This document shows positions 1-14,728 of a stretch of DNA of 64,000 nt, piece by piece. Under the pieces are notes generated by a model that was given only the letters and a program-made list of their open reading frames with translations, was not told the origin of the DNA and did not search any database. Numbering within the stretch: position 1 is the stretch's first letter; each line of letters opens with the position of its first letter. The DNA is from Ascidiella aspersa (lineage: Eukaryota), in contig OZ004612.1 of the NCBI GenBank assembly GCA_963924565.1, positions 7,564,001-7,628,000 on the forward strand, given 5' to 3'. Position numbers and translations under genes: made by a program.

Positions 1-10
1 TAGGCGGCAA

Positions 11-170
11 CGCGTCACTTATATAAACGGTTTGAGCCCACGTCAGTGCTCTAACACGTTTCACACACAACGGATTTTTAGCCTATATGTTGCTTTTTTG
101 CGGGTCGCGCTGCATAGTTGATGCTCGTTTTAAATGAAAGGCCATTCGGTCGCCGTACAGTACGTCACAA
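11..170. promoter_or_regulatory. Possible core promoter at the window edge (TATA box plus CRE-like sites); orientation ambiguous
   Basis: CTTATATAAA at 18-27 reads TATATAAA on + and TATATAAG on -. It is flanked by CGCGTCAC (11-18), CCACGTCA (38-45) and TACGTCAC (~161-168) in CpG-rich sequence. No linked ORF inside the window. Confidence 0.3.
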
Positions 171-859
171 ATGGACGGTCACCACGATAATGCGCGAGTT
201 TATTTAGTCGTGATTGCTGTGCGGTTGAAACCGGGTTGAGAGTTAATTGCAAAAAACGCGATATTTCTTAGTGTAGTCTAAATACGCAATGACAGCGATT
301 ACTAAGTTCACTCTGTCTAGTAAATCTGATGCAAACCCTGTGTTTATTTGGCCACAACAATCTGGAAATCGAAATTACGCCAAGTACAGACAAGCCAAAT
401 AAATAATCCTCTGTTAGCAAAAAATTAAAACACATGAAACAAACATAACATGTTGTATTAGACTTTATATTCCTAAACAGTATAAATAAGCATTTGATTT
501 TAAGCGACACGTGAAACATGAAATACCTATATTGCGTTTCGACGGGTCGTTTCGCCTATTGGGTTTATTAGTTTTACTGTATAATTACGACAACAATAGG
601 TACGCAAAGTTTTACACCGTTTGCAGTACAAAAAATTTATCTGACGTTAAAGTCGTATATTGATATTAACTTTTGTCTGCTAAGCTTCTATTGTGAAGCA
701 AATTGTTCCTAATAAACAAGTTTCACATTTTACACTTTTAAGCAGAATCAAGCGGAATATTACCTAACGAAATAATTCTATTCATTTATAATTCGTGGAA
801 ACATAAATAAATAACTTGCAAAACAAGCATACTTAGTTTCCGATCTTAAAAACACAATA

Positions 860-1850
860 TTAACGATATCCGCCGATTAAAACCATAAAAGCTCAATCAC
901 CTCTGCAACTAAATTCGCCCAAAAGCAGCAACAACATTTCCTGTCGATAGACTGCAACGCATAGCCTCTCTCCTCAAACTGGCAAGACAAGAAGGGCGCT
1001 GTGTGGCCTGTGCTGGAAGTCGACTTACAACCCGCCGAATTGCGCCTCCGCGATCTATAAATGTACCCATCCGACACCTGATAGATGACGGCCTCGCCCG
1101 CTCAAGTAAGAGCCTCATTAGCACAAGCAGGAGCATCAGCTAACGAGCCCCGGTATTTCGATCGACGCTTCTTCGTAGCTAAGCCTGGAAAAAACACGCC
1201 GGTTTTTCCTCCCCAGGCGCTAGAATTCCAATCTCAATCTACGAGCGGGGACTTTTGCCGATTCCAAATGGCACACCCCATGTTGCTTGTACACACACCC
1301 GCGCGTAAGCTCGTTAAGGGAGAGGCGCCCTACTCTCGGCTGTTCCTATATGTGCGCGCCCTACTGCTATCCTCCCTGCTGTAGTACACGCGCCCGCTGT
1401 GTTGTATTTTTTTGTCACGCAGTTGTCGCTGCATTAATCACGCTTATAAAAAGACGAGCCGCCCAGCAAGGCAGCAGGCGTGCAACGGGGCTCGGGCACT
1501 ATAATCGGCGGTAGCTAACAGCACTGCATCGCTTCTGGCCTGTTTGCTGTGAAGAGGGGGACAAAACTAGAGGGGAATCACGGCAGATAGCCGAAAAATA
1601 GGCGGGAAACGTGGCTGATACACCTGGGTTGGCCATGACCTCGCGAGTTTGTTTTTTGCGCGCTCGCAACTCTGGATGTGGATAATCGGAAAAGCCGGGA
1701 TCACGCGTTCGGCTTCGGCTATGATTGGTGACAGTTTCAAAACTATAGCGCCAAAAACCGTTATTTTTTTAACGTTTACGGGAAAATGCCACAGACGCGG
1801 GTTTCCGAAGTTTGCTTTTGACACAAAATTGTGAGCTGATATATTATTGT
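860..1850. promoter_or_regulatory. CpG/GC-rich non-coding island (candidate enhancer or promoter)
   Basis: Sharp rise in GC and CpG against AT-rich flanks. No credible ORF or exon. TATAAAAA at 1445-1452 and kB-like motifs (GGGGACTTTTGCC, GGGGAATCAC, GGGAAAATGCC). Confidence 0.45.
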
Positions 1851-2689
1851 CTGCCTGGTGCATGGTTTTATTTTTTTAAATACGCAAAATCATCAGTTTT
1901 AAGAAGCGAAATAAAATTAGGACGATTGATTTACTATTTTTACGACTTGATATAACGGCCACTGAAAACAACATAGGTACATTATGTGTCAATTCTGTTC
2001 GTTTGTTTGCTTTTTTCCAAACATAATAGAAGCGAGTGAGCTAAATTCCAAACAAAATATATTCCAAATATTTTTTTACAGTAGGCCCAGGGCAATGCTT
2101 TCAAAGAAAAGGATTAAAATATACAAAGAAGCCTCATTCTAAAATTGCAACAGGAAAAGAGCGATACAAAAAAATTTACATTGACAAAACTTTTGCTGCC
2201 AGACTTTTCACAAAGTCCATTTGCAATAACAGTTTCGTTCTGTTTGGCCTTCTAAAATTAAAATGACATCATGCACGATATCACGTTTCTGTGGTTGGTT
2301 GTTCCGTTAATGCTAGAACTGGGTAGATTTTATAAAACGGGAGTTAAATTCAATGAAAAAACGCATACTCGGTATTTTGTATTTCGAAGTGTTTTTAAAA
2401 TTGATATAGCTTTTGTCTGACGAGTTGGATTTATTATTTATCTATTTTAAGTTTTAAGATTACACTAAAACGAAGGGGGAACGATGCAGTTGCGATAAAA
2501 CAACACAAACCTAATTTTTTATTGAAATATCAAGCTAGAGGTGGCAGATAATGGAAAATGAGGTTTTTATGTTCCAAATCTCGCTGGCAATTTTCCAACC
2601 AAGACTCGTTGATAAAAGCTCAAAAACCATAATCAAAGATCCAGATGTGGTCGGCGTCTTGTTAAAGTAACACGAGTCTAACATTAGAG

Positions 2690-3400
2690 ATCATGCGACT
2701 TGCTGCACACGACACCTCGATTACTTTTGCATGGAGAGGTGCGGGTGTATATGTAGCGCGATTGTGTGTAGCGCATATAGAAGGACACAAGCGCGAGAAA
2801 CAAGAGACACGCAACCTTTGCTTGAAGCTTCAAACGGCGGAAAAGCGTCCAAAACAGAAAAGCGCTGGCGACAGCGATTCGAGCCTAAACCTTTAAAGGG
2901 GGTGGCAGGTGGGGGGGTGTTAAACACGGCCAAGTGACGAGTGCCGGCGACAGGCGGGTGTCATAGCGCACATACTCTCGCTTGTTTGTTAAGAGCGCGC
3001 GCGTTCGAATCTATTGGATTGGCTACGGGCGCCCTGGCGGTTCGCCATCCCTCCCCAATCCCGTGTGCTGTTCCTTCCTGCGACTGACAAGCCGACTGTT
3101 CTTCATATCTGCGAGCGCGCGGTGCGTTGCGCATGTGCAGCGGGGTGCTTTATTTTTGTAAGGCGCGCGTCTCTGTACACACGTGCGAGCGAAGAAACGC
3201 GAGACGGGGGTGTTGGGCGCCTTGTAAGAAGCATCTGTCATGTCGTCCGTAATGATGATGATGATGGTGTAGTGATCACCTCCCCGCTCGTCCTTTCTAT
3301 CTCGCTCGTATCCTGTTGCGACACTCTCGCCGTCATATAGCTGCAATAGGCCTTAGGTTCGCCCTTGCCTAACGCGCCGCGCTAACTATACTGCTGCTGT
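2690..3400. promoter_or_regulatory. CpG/GC-rich non-coding island (candidate enhancer or promoter)
   Basis: GC-rich and CpG-dense, with tandem inverted CCAAT (ATTGGATTGG ~3013-3022), NRF1-like TGCGCATGTGCA (~3129) and GCGCGC runs. ORFs here are short and non-protein-like. Confidence 0.45.
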
Positions 3401-4246
3401 TGCTACTACTATTGCTGTTCATAGTTCTAATCCCCTTTGTTTAAAACGCCACATTTGTTTAACTTTTACTCAATATGCACCTCAGAACGTAAATGTTTTG
3501 ATTTAAAAGGTTAGTTAAACGAGTAAAAAAAATATTTTTTTTAGTTCACCTAATTTTTTCGAATGAAAATGAAATTTTCTGTCGTCGGCGTCAGCAATAT
3601 ATATATACTTAGAATTAGTGCCTTCTTACTATGTTAAAATGAATAAAGAGTTATTCAACACATTCAAAATAATACTTAGTTCTGTATGGCCTTTAATATT
3701 CTTTTTATATTTTTCGAATGAGTTTATGTAATTATTTGTTACGAGCAGGTATATTTTTCATGTGTTATCTCTAGGCACCAGTTGTGCGATGTCACTGCTG
3801 TTTGCTCGTAAGCCATAGGTTGGCTGAATTGGCCACTCCATGTTCCATAGTCGATGCTGTGGCGGAGCAACGGCTGTGTTTCGAATGTGAGGAATTTAGG
3901 GTTTTATGGAACCGTACGACCAAGGTTGGGCGCCATGGATGCGATTGATGATCACAGTTTTAATGCTTTATTTATGGGGGAAAAAGTAGGATAAAATGTT
4001 GTTTCCCTGTTTAAATCATGCTGTAATTGCACTTAATGCATTCATCCGGTCTTTCTCGGGTTTTACTTACTTCAACAGAAATGAGTAGAAAATTTAGAAA
4101 CCGAAAATCGTTTTGTTCCGAAACAAACACAGATTTTTTTAATCTTTTATGAGAGCAACATCAGTAGGGAAAATACAAAAATAAATTAGACAAGAACGCG
4201 CAAAGGAAAGTCGACAATTCGAAACCACTTTTTTATTCCTGAAAAG

Positions 4247-4621
4247 CAGGGTTTGGAGTCGCAGTCGGACTCAGGACTTGAGGAGTCGTTTTTTTTTGCT
4301 GGAGTCGGACTCGGGACTCGAGTAAGACCACGTAAAACTACCCGAATCCCGAGTCCAACATGCGCATGCGCAGTATCAAGTTTTTTCCAACTGGAAATTG
4401 TAAAGGTGGAATAGCATTTGGTGGAATATTTTCCAACCATGTATTATGAGTGAATAAATGACACGACAACCCTATAAATGGATTGCTGAATATCCACGTT
4501 GTTTTAGTTACGTAAATTGGCGGAATACAGGCTGTAGTGTAAAGTCAGGGCCGGACTCGGGAATCTACGAAATCGCACATTTGACCGGAGTCGGTTATTT
4601 TTAACCGACTCCGCAGCCCTT
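4247..4621. mobile_element. Non-autonomous hAT-like MITE (GGAGTCG subterminal repeat family)
   Basis: Left end CAGGGTTTGGAGTCG and right end CGACTCCGCAGCCCT(T) are imperfect inverted repeats. Degenerate 8-bp TSD CTGAAAAG/CTAAAAAA. Repeated GGAGTCG/GACTC motifs; the internal part recurs at ~45449-45665. Confidence 0.75.
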
Positions 4622-4794
4622 CTAAAAAAATGTGGCCCTCCTTGTAAAATGGGATATATGTCTTGACAAACAATCGGATTAGACGCGAATCGTAAATAGG
4701 TTGTTCGATATCTCCCCGACCCGTTATCATCGACATTTTAACTGTAACTTGCGACACTCGAACAGAGCTAAACAAATCGGAATCTGCTTTTCAT

Positions 4795-4826
4795 CAGTGT
4801 TGTAATGACTTGACTTAAGTGCACTT
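4795..4826 (-). mobile_element. Terminal fragment of the AAGTC-repeat DNA transposon family
   Basis: CAGTGTTGTAATGACTTGACTTAAGTGCACTT closely matches the reverse complement of the element end at 49395-49427. Confidence 0.6.
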
Positions 4827-6899
4827 GATTATGCGTTGTCATACGAATTATAAAAACGTCACTAAAACATTTTCACACCTATTTTTAAATAATTCTGCTG
4901 GCGGATGTAAATGTGGATTAAAGGGTTTTTTCGCTAATCAACGGATAAATAGGCAAATAGTAATTGCAAACAATGTGTTACGTACTATTACGCAATTTGT
5001 TATAAAGACGTAGCACATCTCAAGCCCCTATACATTAGAGCGCCTGAAAGGTTTTTCATATACTTCTATGTTAATTTCGTAGTGGATTTCTAGGCGACCG
5101 GAAGTACTTTTATTAGGGCGATTATTTTTTGACTTGTAAAAAAGATGAAATTTTGCCGAAGGTTAGGTCAAAATTATTTCAAGTTAAAATCGTTTACAAA
5201 ATGCACAAAACTGTAATGAGCTTTTGGAAAAGGTCATTCAGGTAAAAAAAAATTAAAATTTTGTTTTATATTACAGGTAAAACATTTCAACTGTATTATA
5301 TATATTTATTAGAGCAATATGGTATATTTGAAGCCGACAGAATTAACAGCATAGCCTGGTTTATTATAGCATTAGGTTAAGGTTTATTATAGGTTTATTA
5401 TAGCATTATTATCTATCGAAGATTCGAACGAGGTATAATAAACGTTAATGAGTTATTATAAGTTAGCAGGGTTATTGATTACTGGTTGGCGCGGCAGTTA
5501 TGGAATATGGTTTCCAGTTTGCGGCGATCAGGGCGTTTCGGAAACGCGCCTGGCTTCGTGCCAGGAAATGATCCTGCGGCAAATCGAATCCTGTTTTTTC
5601 GCGGTTTTCCAACTTTATCGATCTGATAAAATGACGTAAAGAGTTTTGCACGCCGACGCTTCGCATTGTAGCATACCAATTTGGCCAGTGTTTTTTTGGC
5701 GTAGTTGGGTTTCTGCTGCAATGAAATGTTAAATTGTTTCGAAAAATGTATGGAGAAAGTTGAAATGTACAAATCAAGTCCGGTGGTATCAAAACCACGA
5801 GAATAAAAAGTTATCTCAAATTGGACTAAAATATAAAATAATTGTAGAAAGCGCATATAGTGCGTTCTGCATTCGTTTATGCAAAAAATAGCAATAAGGA
5901 AAAATTACTGTCAGGTTGACCACAATACAAATCACATACAACTCGCAACTTCTATTTTTGGCGCAGAAAGGCGTCTACATGCGAACAAATACGTTAAGTC
6001 ATCGCATTGCTTTCGTTTAACTAAAAAAAAAAAAACACTTGTATTGCTAGTGTGGGACACTGGTCACGATCCATATACTGCTTTTCAAATAAAATTTAAT
6101 GCTGAACGCAATCAGTGTAAACTCTGCTGTAAGACTTTTGCTGTGATGGCATCATTCAGACAACCCGTTAAGGATAACATTTTTAGAACAACGTAGCTAT
6201 TTCTGATTCTGTGTGTTAGTATAAAAGTTGTCCCGGCCGAAACAGGCCACATTAAAATGTACCTGTAATTACCTACTTTTTAAATAATTCACAAAAATCT
6301 TCAAATCAAGATATAATTTAGATCTATTTTCGAAACAAGATATAATTAAGATCTGTTTCTTAATTTGGCAGAAGGCAAACTGTTGTTGAGGTTATATCTA
6401 CACAAGGCGTCTAATTTTTACTCTGAGCTGTGTATTGCCTCATTCGTTATCCTGTTCACAGCAGGTTGAGGTTGTGGTCTAAATTTGTCATTTACTAAAC
6501 TTAGGCTTATAGAATGCTGTTTCAAGCAGCGATTTGAAAATCTAATATACCGGTGTTGGGTAGCAGATGTAGGGTTTTATATTATTCGTTTTTGCACGAT
6601 CGGTGATAAATACGTATGGTGTTCAATTATACTTTTTGTTGTTTTATAGCGATCATAAAAAGACACACGTATTTTTGCAAACAAAGCGAAGGGAAAAGTA
6701 ATGTTTAATTGGCGGAATAAATGCGTATATAAGAGTATAACACCATTTAATAACATGACTGTTTTGGCCGGCAATGTATATCGGAAATCGACTGTTATAT
6801 CGCAGAATCTATAGACAAAACTGATCTTTTGGTAAAAAAAGTAACGATAAGTAAAATTACTGTGAGTCGTACAATGTTCGAATTTTCCAGAAGAAATTT

Positions 6900-7400
6900 C
6901 CGCGCATCGAGAAGTAAAAAGTTGACGTCGTTCTTCACAAAAACCGGAAACGCCACGTTTATTGAAAAACAATCAGAGTCATTGCTCGACGTTTAGCTCG
7001 ATGGAAACCACCTCGAAGCTACTTACGTCATCGGACCAGCTAAAGTTTGCTTTTTCAAACACGTTTCCGCATTGTTTGTATGGTTTCCATTGTATGAGTA
7101 CAACACCGAAGGCGCACGTAAATATTTGACATTGCGCGAGAGAAACTTCTGTCGCCACACGTCGACAAATCGCGTCACCGGCTCGAAAAGGAAGTGACGT
7201 CACGCCTGAAAGCGCCTTTCTCTTTTTTCTCTCTCTCACAAAGGTTTTGCTCACAGCGCCATTTTAGAATGAGTATGTAGAGACGGCCGCAAAAGTCGGA
7301 GCGCTTATGTGTGACGTCATGCATTCTAATTCGCGCTCTTGTTTGTTTACTGCGATTGCACACAAGAAACCTTTTCTCAATTTAATGCGTGCGCAAAACC
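6900..7400. promoter_or_regulatory. CpG-rich motif cluster with two perfect CREs
   Basis: TGACGTCA at 7195-7202 (overlapping ETS GGAAGT) and 7312-7319, TTACGTCA ~7023, YY1-like CGCCATTTT ~7257-7265, ACCGGAAA ~6942. Confidence 0.5.
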
Positions 7401-10379
7401 GAGTAGCTTTTCGGAAATGTTAGAAAGGGTGGTTTAGTAATGCGCAGATTTTTTGGTATAGTTACACGAACAGTAACTGGAGGGGCGACAAGAGAACGGC
7501 ACCCTGTCCTGTTTATTCCAACATCTATGACAAAAATCTGCGCATTACTAAACTACCCTTTTAAACATTTCCGAAATCCTACTCGGGTTTGCGCACGCAT
7601 TAAATTGAGAAAAGGTTTCTTGAGTGCAATCGCAGTTTCTTGTTCAACATCTATGGTAATAGATTTTTAACAACTGCTAAGAGGGCGCTTGACTTAATAA
7701 CTGTTAGGTTTGGTGACTCACTTACTTCTTTTTTACAATTTTTTGCTTAATTTTGCTTGTAAGGTAAAATATGAATAAATGATTCACGGATAAATGAGAC
7801 AAAGGCGGCTCATTTTTACGAATATTTTTGGAAGACTGGTTTAAAAAGAAAACGATACCTCGAAGTGGTTTAAAACAATGCCCGGAAAAATAGTCATTTT
7901 GTATTTATTTATCTAAATAAAACTAAAATGGACGTCCAACCTTATTTCACTTTAAAGAACAAGACCATTATTAAAATGAGTACATGATAACAGAAAAAAT
8001 ACATTAATTAACACAATAATCCGGTGAAATTATAGCAGACAATATATTTAGTCCAAATAAGTCCACAATCGCCAATTATATGACATGCAATAAAAGTTCC
8101 ACCAAAAAAAACGAGGGTGCGGGTTTCGCCAAAAAACTTACTCTAAAATCTTTTTACAGTTTCCTTTTCCAGGAATTTAAACTCACTCATCCAGCTGCTT
8201 GCACTATTATACAGCAATTTTTAACCCTATTATACTGAATAACTGGATACACAATACTTCACAGCCTGTCTTTTTAAAGCAGGCGCTGCTGCTAAGGCCT
8301 TCGTTTCTATGCAGTTTTTTTGCAGACGAGCACGCCTGCTTGCATTCAATCAACGTCGTCTGCGGGTCAAGCGAATTTCGCAAATCACGACGCCACTTTG
8401 CAAATTGTAAGCGCGTTGTAGCAATCAAGGGAATGCTGGTGGTGATTATAAAAAAGTCGCTTACAGGTCGAACTAAAGCTATTATGTTCTACTATGAGTT
8501 TTATTCACACGCGTTCTGTAATTTGCAAGCGCACTAAAAGTCTGCTGATCGAAAAAAAGTCTGCTGATCGTGTTACTTTAACACAGTGTTTGGCAAACGT
8601 TTTAGTCGAGGCCCAAAATACTCTTTCAACCGTTATTGGAAACCCACCACTACGTAAAGCAACTACGACAACATTGGGCGGATTCTGAAATCTAGTCTAA
8701 TTCCGCGAAGCGTTAAAAGAATTGTCTTCATTATTTTAAATTGCCAAACTAAATAAAAGTAAACGTGGAGCATAAGGCAGATAAAAGAGATAGCCTCTAA
8801 GGAATGTATCAACCTTGCCATGTTTAGGCGATAAACAAGACTATTAACAAATAAGTAAATTAGCAAAACGTTGCGCCGTATAGTCGCAACATTTTTTGTG
8901 ACATACAGAAGTAGCCTACATAAGGGGTATGCTGAAGTACAGCGGGGACTGGAGGTGCACATGTCTGCTTTTCTTACTCTCACACTGTTACATAGATAAA
9001 CTGTTTTGGGGTGAACTCCTGTGCACACCTGCAGCTCAAAATCAAATCAAAAATCGAGAAACAATTCTTAAAATTGGGAGAACATTGTTTTTTGTTGAAC
9101 GATATTTATAATCCAAGTTAATAGAAATTGTTTGCTGAAATTAGAGTCACACAGTGAAGTGCAACATAGCACAGTATGGATAGTGCCTTTTGGCTGAATA
9201 GATAGGCTTCAGAGACACAACCATAGCTAAACGAGGCCGAAGTTCGCGCGAAGGGCGAACATTTTTAGCGTTGACATAATTAAAACAGCCCAAAATATAG
9301 TTTAAGCCTTAGGTGGAGAAGCATGGCCTGGTACATCCTTGATATGCCCATGGGAATGTCACACCAGTCTATTTAACAGAAATGTCGACTATCACGACTG
9401 AATTTTTAACTCAATAAAGAAGTACTTGTCAAATCAAAGTAAAACTGCAAATAAACAACAGTTCTATCAAACTTTAGTACTTTTTAAACTAATAAACAAT
9501 CTATATGCTTAACACTGGCTTTTCCCTGCTAAACAACGTGGACCAATTTCTTCGGTTGTCTGTCTGATTCTTAGGTCGACACAAGTCGCCAGTTTTCTGC
9601 CATACTGAAAACGACTTTACCAACTCTACGAGGACTCGTACAGTAGAATAGTTACAAATAGGACTAGTAAAGTATAAAAAAATTGTTGTACTCTTGTTGG
9701 CAAAACTTTCGCGACCACTGTGGCAAAAAATGCCAGTCATTTAAAGAACATATATGAAAAACAACTTACATAGTGTAAAGTTGAATTTCAGTGGCACATT
9801 CAGTCATTCGTAATGCTTTTCGCTTGTACCCTTTTCCGAGTTGATTTCGAGTTCATACTTTTGCATCCATGGACATCAGCTTATGACGTCACATATTCCT
9901 CTCCTTGATTTGATGTTCGGGCACTGGTTCCCAGCAGGGGTCCGTGAAAACGTTGTGGGGAGTCAAACAGTGCTTGAAACAGTTGGATATTTTTATGTTT
10001 AGGCATTTTTTTATTGTAATTCGACTACAATTTTGCATTTGAGTTTCGCTAAAGTCTTCATAAGTGTAGTCATGGTTTTGCACAATGATTTGATAAGGTA
10101 AAGAAATGGAATCTGCAAGCCCAATATTTTTTTAAAGTTGCCATTGACAATAAAAGTTGGAAAACACAGTTTTAGATAATGGCAATATAACTATTATAGC
10201 TTGAACAGTGATACTGCGGGAAAAAATGCGAATCTCTATTATGAATGCTGTCGATTTTCAAAAGCAAGCGTTATGCAACTTAATACGTAACACGCTCTCC
10301 ACTTTTTATGGCTTTCGGCTTACGGCGTTCCGATTGCAAAACAATTTAGGAAAAACTCCATCGCTCCTAAAATAGTCCG

Positions 10380-10830
10380 ACAGACAGAATTTCCCAAACA
10401 TGCGCCATTCCAGATACGGAAATATTGAATTACCGAGGATGGGCGCCGATTGGTATGAGCCGAAATCTCTGGTTGCTGTTGTTGCAGCGATTTGACAAGC
10501 ACACTTCGGGGTTGCGCTGGAACTGGAAATGTGATCTCAGTCGCTGCTCATTTCGCGAACCTTTAAAAACGTAGGCGTTATAAACGATGCGGTGTACCCC
10601 CGTGCGATTTATCTCTGGCTCCCCAAACCCGTAAACCCTTACCTCGCGGCTGACTTCTGTCTTTGGCCGGAGATAAATTCACGTTAGGAGGGTGATCGAT
10701 GTACTTTGGAATGATTATATTCGTTGGTTTGCGTGATAAAAATTGCGAGTCGGTGGGATTATGCGGTACGCGGACTTTCCTGCCCATTCCGCAATTAACG
10801 GCCTGCGTTTCCCGATCCATTTCAAGGCGG
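10380..10830. promoter_or_regulatory. CpG-rich non-coding patch with kB-like motifs
   Basis: Local CpG enrichment; CGGACTTTCC at 10771-10780 (9/10 to GGGACTTTCC) and AGAATTTCCC ~10386; no exon signal. Confidence 0.35.
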
Positions 10831-13697
10831 TTATTTGATAGCTAAATGGTATTGAAGTTGTTCCTATATTTTTATCTATTAAATAAATGATGTGGCTAGA
10901 TTTATCTCCAACCACTTAATGATTTGCCAAGCTGTTTTTACTATAGTACAAATTACAGAACAGCAACCGCTTCGGTGTACCATACATTGTCAGCGAAGCT
11001 GATTTAAGTGCCGAAAAAATGCACTTTTAAACCATGGAAATATTCATGAAAAATATTTTCCAACAGTCGTTATAACAGTTGTTGTATGTTTTTGAAAGAG
11101 TAATGTTTCTGGCGTGAGCCTGTGTTAATTAAATGACAGCGTTAGGGTATAACAGGTATCCATAAATGGTGTCATGAAAGCTAAACCACCTCACTCTTTT
11201 ACCTTTTACTGAAGATGTCAGCAGCATCCTGTTTCAGACCCAGTGCTTTTCCAGTTGATATCTGCGTCAACGAACAATTGATTGACAACCGGCATTGCTA
11301 ACCGTGGATGGTTTACTTTAGAGATTGGTTCATATACTTTATAAATAGCTTTTTAGTCCACGTGTATTGGTCTGATGGATAGGTAAGCTAAAAAACTAAA
11401 AGGTAAAAGGTAAAAAAAAAGACTTTTTTGCTCATGGTGCCAAAAAATATAGTTCGTAGAGTTATTTAGTAAGACTTCGGGAAAACATACAAAAAAATCC
11501 GGGTTTACAAGTGTCAAAGAAAAGTGAACTTATAAATGGTGTAAATTTAGCTCATTAGTCATAAACACATAGAACAGGGGTTACAGAACAGTGCATAGCA
11601 AGCGTGCATTTTACGTGCGACGAGACATCAACAAATCACTGTTTTTGAAATGCAGCAAGCAATTATTCATTTCCACTATTCAACTATAAGTAAAAATATT
11701 TTCACACCCTACTTAGTTAATGTTGTCTTTTTTCGTAACAAATGAGCTTTAACATTGCTTTGTTACGTTGCAGGCCTCTACTGCGGTAACTGTAGAGGTT
11801 TTCAGTTTACCTACTGCCGTGCTGATGATGTAGGCAAGGGTTCTTTCGGAAAATTCTCCACGTACGCAAAAAAATTAAAGCTCACAACGTAGTTGAGAGT
11901 AATAGACGATGGATTTATTTATTTATGCCTTGTCCAAGGGTTTTTAAACGCTTTATGGAAATTCACATTTGTTTTAACTACAAAACAAATAAAACGTATG
12001 TATACTATGGAGATTCATGAAAGTGCTGGGCAAATATCGTTTGCTTTCAGTAAAAGGGTATTCTTACAAGTATCACACATTGTGGTTGCCAGGTGGTGTT
12101 TGTTTGATTGTAGATCAAGCAATCTAAATTTGTATAACGTAATGGAAATTCTACTTACCATTTGCACTGCAACATAATTTCAACAGAAGCACATATTTTG
12201 TTGCCCGGACATCGTTACAACGATATATTTATTAATCTTCATTGCTATTTTCTTTCATTTAAAAACTTTTCCTTATGCCTTCTGCAAAAATATATTCACA
12301 ACGGTTCGCTACACTTTATGTTTGTAAATATGGTTATCAAAATTATTGTCTCTATGTTTGTTCATTTACAGGCAAAAATCACTGACTTAGTCTCTTTTTT
12401 GTGAAATTTCATCTACAAATGATTTGCTTATTATCGAAATAACTAAAAATTTGTCATAGTTTTATGGTTGCAAAAATGGGCAAACATTTATTCAAAAATT
12501 TATTTAATAGTTCGTAAAGCGATTATTTCTTGATGGATTGAACAGTTTTAGCTAAGAAGCAGTTCATAAACGTTTTAGGCAAAAATTGACTTCTTAATGG
12601 CTATTTCATTCATAAATCATTCTATACATAGAAACTTATAAAAACAATTGCTCAATGTTTGTACATGAATCGTTGTAGAAAGGAAAAATATTACAGTCCA
12701 AAAAATCATTCCTACAAAACAAACAAGGTAGGCTACAACATTAAAATCTCGCCCTAAACTTTACATACTGCGGTTAAAGTTTATAGTACGGTAACGAATA
12801 TTTATACGTACTTAAACTAAGATTACAAAACTCATAAGTTAGCAGTATTCTTTAATAAAGAAACTTTATCATTGTAAATGCGCCTTTTAATGTTGTTTTT
12901 TGTCTGTTATACATAAAATCTGTTCGGTTTTGTTTATATTGTTGTTTTGGGCGAATTAAGAATTCTTTGAATAAAGTTGTTGAGCCAAACAGCTACGTGT
13001 CGTTTGTGCATGCCTAATAAAGTACTTTGATATAGGAAAGAGGACTGGGTAAATGACATTACATTTAACACTGTGCGACTCTTTGTTATGTGCTTAACGC
13101 TACGTTCTAAATTAAAAGTTTTGTTGAACCAAATAAACTCAATTTTTCCGCGCTTCGCGCGTGCTTCAGGCTTATATCAAGCTTCAAAGGCTCAAAAATA
13201 GCTTTTACCCAAACCACCTAAAGGTCTTTCATAATACAAAACATTATTTTAAGTAATAAATTTGCTGGGCCGCTTATTTAATTTTGTTGTCATGATAAAC
13301 AAACAAAGGTAAACGTTTACTTTACAAAATTTACGGTGTTGTTGAAATTTTTTTACCACACGTTTGAAATGTTTAGCCCTTTATCAGCTGCAAAGGAAGC
13401 CAAACTGCTGACACTCTTTGGACTAAGATTAAAACTTATTATAATAGTGCAAGAAATGTCAACCAGTCACCGAGACAAACATTTCCACACAAAACTTACA
13501 GCGCACGCAAGAGGCCCACCATAGAGACGTGCAAAAATTATGATCACAGTTTCTTTTCAGACACATTTATTTGATCAAGTTCAGCTTAAATTTGTTCCAT
13601 TAACCAATTATAAGATAAATTACGTGAATTGTGATTCACAATGAAGAAATTGTTTTAAAAAGATTAAAGCAACCAATATGTAAAATCTTCAAACATG

Positions 13698-13979
13698 CAG
13701 GACTGGAGAGCTTGAGCCATTTAATGTTTTTGTGAAGACGGAGCGGGCCATTTTTTTAAACAACTTTAAAGACTGCAGCTATTGAATTCTTATCTTCTCT
13801 GCTCGAAAAAATATTAAATTGCTAAAATAATAAATACTAAACAGTTAAGTGTGGCAAATGTAGCTTAGTTTAGCCTGTGCATTGACAGACCGAAATGAAG
13901 CAGAAAATGACCCCGTGTATATGTGTTTGGTGGCCTGGAGCTGGAGCCAATGCTCTTTTAATGTGGCTCCTTGGTCCTG
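13698..13979. mobile_element. Degenerate hAT-like MITE (GGAGCC repeat family)
   Basis: Ends CAGGACTGGAGAGC ... GGCTCCTTGGTCCTG, internal GGAGC(T/C)GGAGCC repeats, degenerate 8-bp TSD CAAACATG/TTAACATG. Confidence 0.6.
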
Positions 13980-14728
13980 TTAACATGTAATGACTAGCTG
14001 AAATAAATCGGTGTTTTAACAAATTGGCGACTAATCCAAAGACGACTTAGCCAAGTTATAGTGTATTGTACACTACATCCTAAAAACATAAATGCATTAT
14101 AAACTAGGAGACGCTTCTGGATTGGTTCTTTTAAGTTAACTTTCATTTTGTTAGATTGTAAATTACCTTCTTTCCCATGGGAAAATTCACAACGGTTGGT
14201 AACGTTTTTGTTGTTGGTAAACATGGTAATCGAATTTGTTGTTTCTATGAAGTTATCTACTTTTTTAGAATTTGTTATACTTTCATTATTTGTAAAAATT
14301 TGTATGAAATATATTATAAGACGAATAATAAATTAAAAAAAATACTTTATTTTCGCCATTAAAGATGTTAAACTGTTTTTATGATATTGATTTGTTGGAA
14401 TGCTATTAAACTTTTTGGGGGTGTATTTAATAAAATGATTTTGTAATAACTCCAAAAACCACGTCTTTTCATATGAATTTGACGTGAAAGCTCTAAATAA
14501 CAACTCTTTTATATGTAGAGTTTTTTTTTACATAGAAACAACAAACAAGCATACCATTGTTTAAAAGCTAAAACAAACATCAATCGTTGTACAAAAAGTG
14601 TTTCGTTGTCTGCTGCAGCCTCCAACTTTTTATCTGTTAAAAAAGGCGAAATCATTTGTTTCGCATTACGATTCGCATTTGTGATATATAGTGGCACAAC
14701 TTCTGTGTATCGTTCAATAATACAATTG

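Noticed and set aside
6090-6196. QCKLCCKTF..., resembling a C2H2/BED zinc finger
   Set aside because: The histidine ligands are absent and there is no surrounding transposase or exon context.
6225-6520. miR-92-like TTGTCCCGGCC and a weak hairpin at ~6460-6520
   Set aside because: The seed sequence is missing, and the hairpin depends on many G-U pairs and bulges.
11773-11865. Two small tandem hairpins and a CTGATGA...GAAA hammerhead-like string
   Set aside because: Stems II and III cannot form properly; likely a local imperfect duplication.
268-14697. Dozens of 60-130 aa ORFs in the left 15 kb
   Set aside because: No recognisable domains, composition typical of AT-rich non-coding DNA, and no consistent splice-phase chain.
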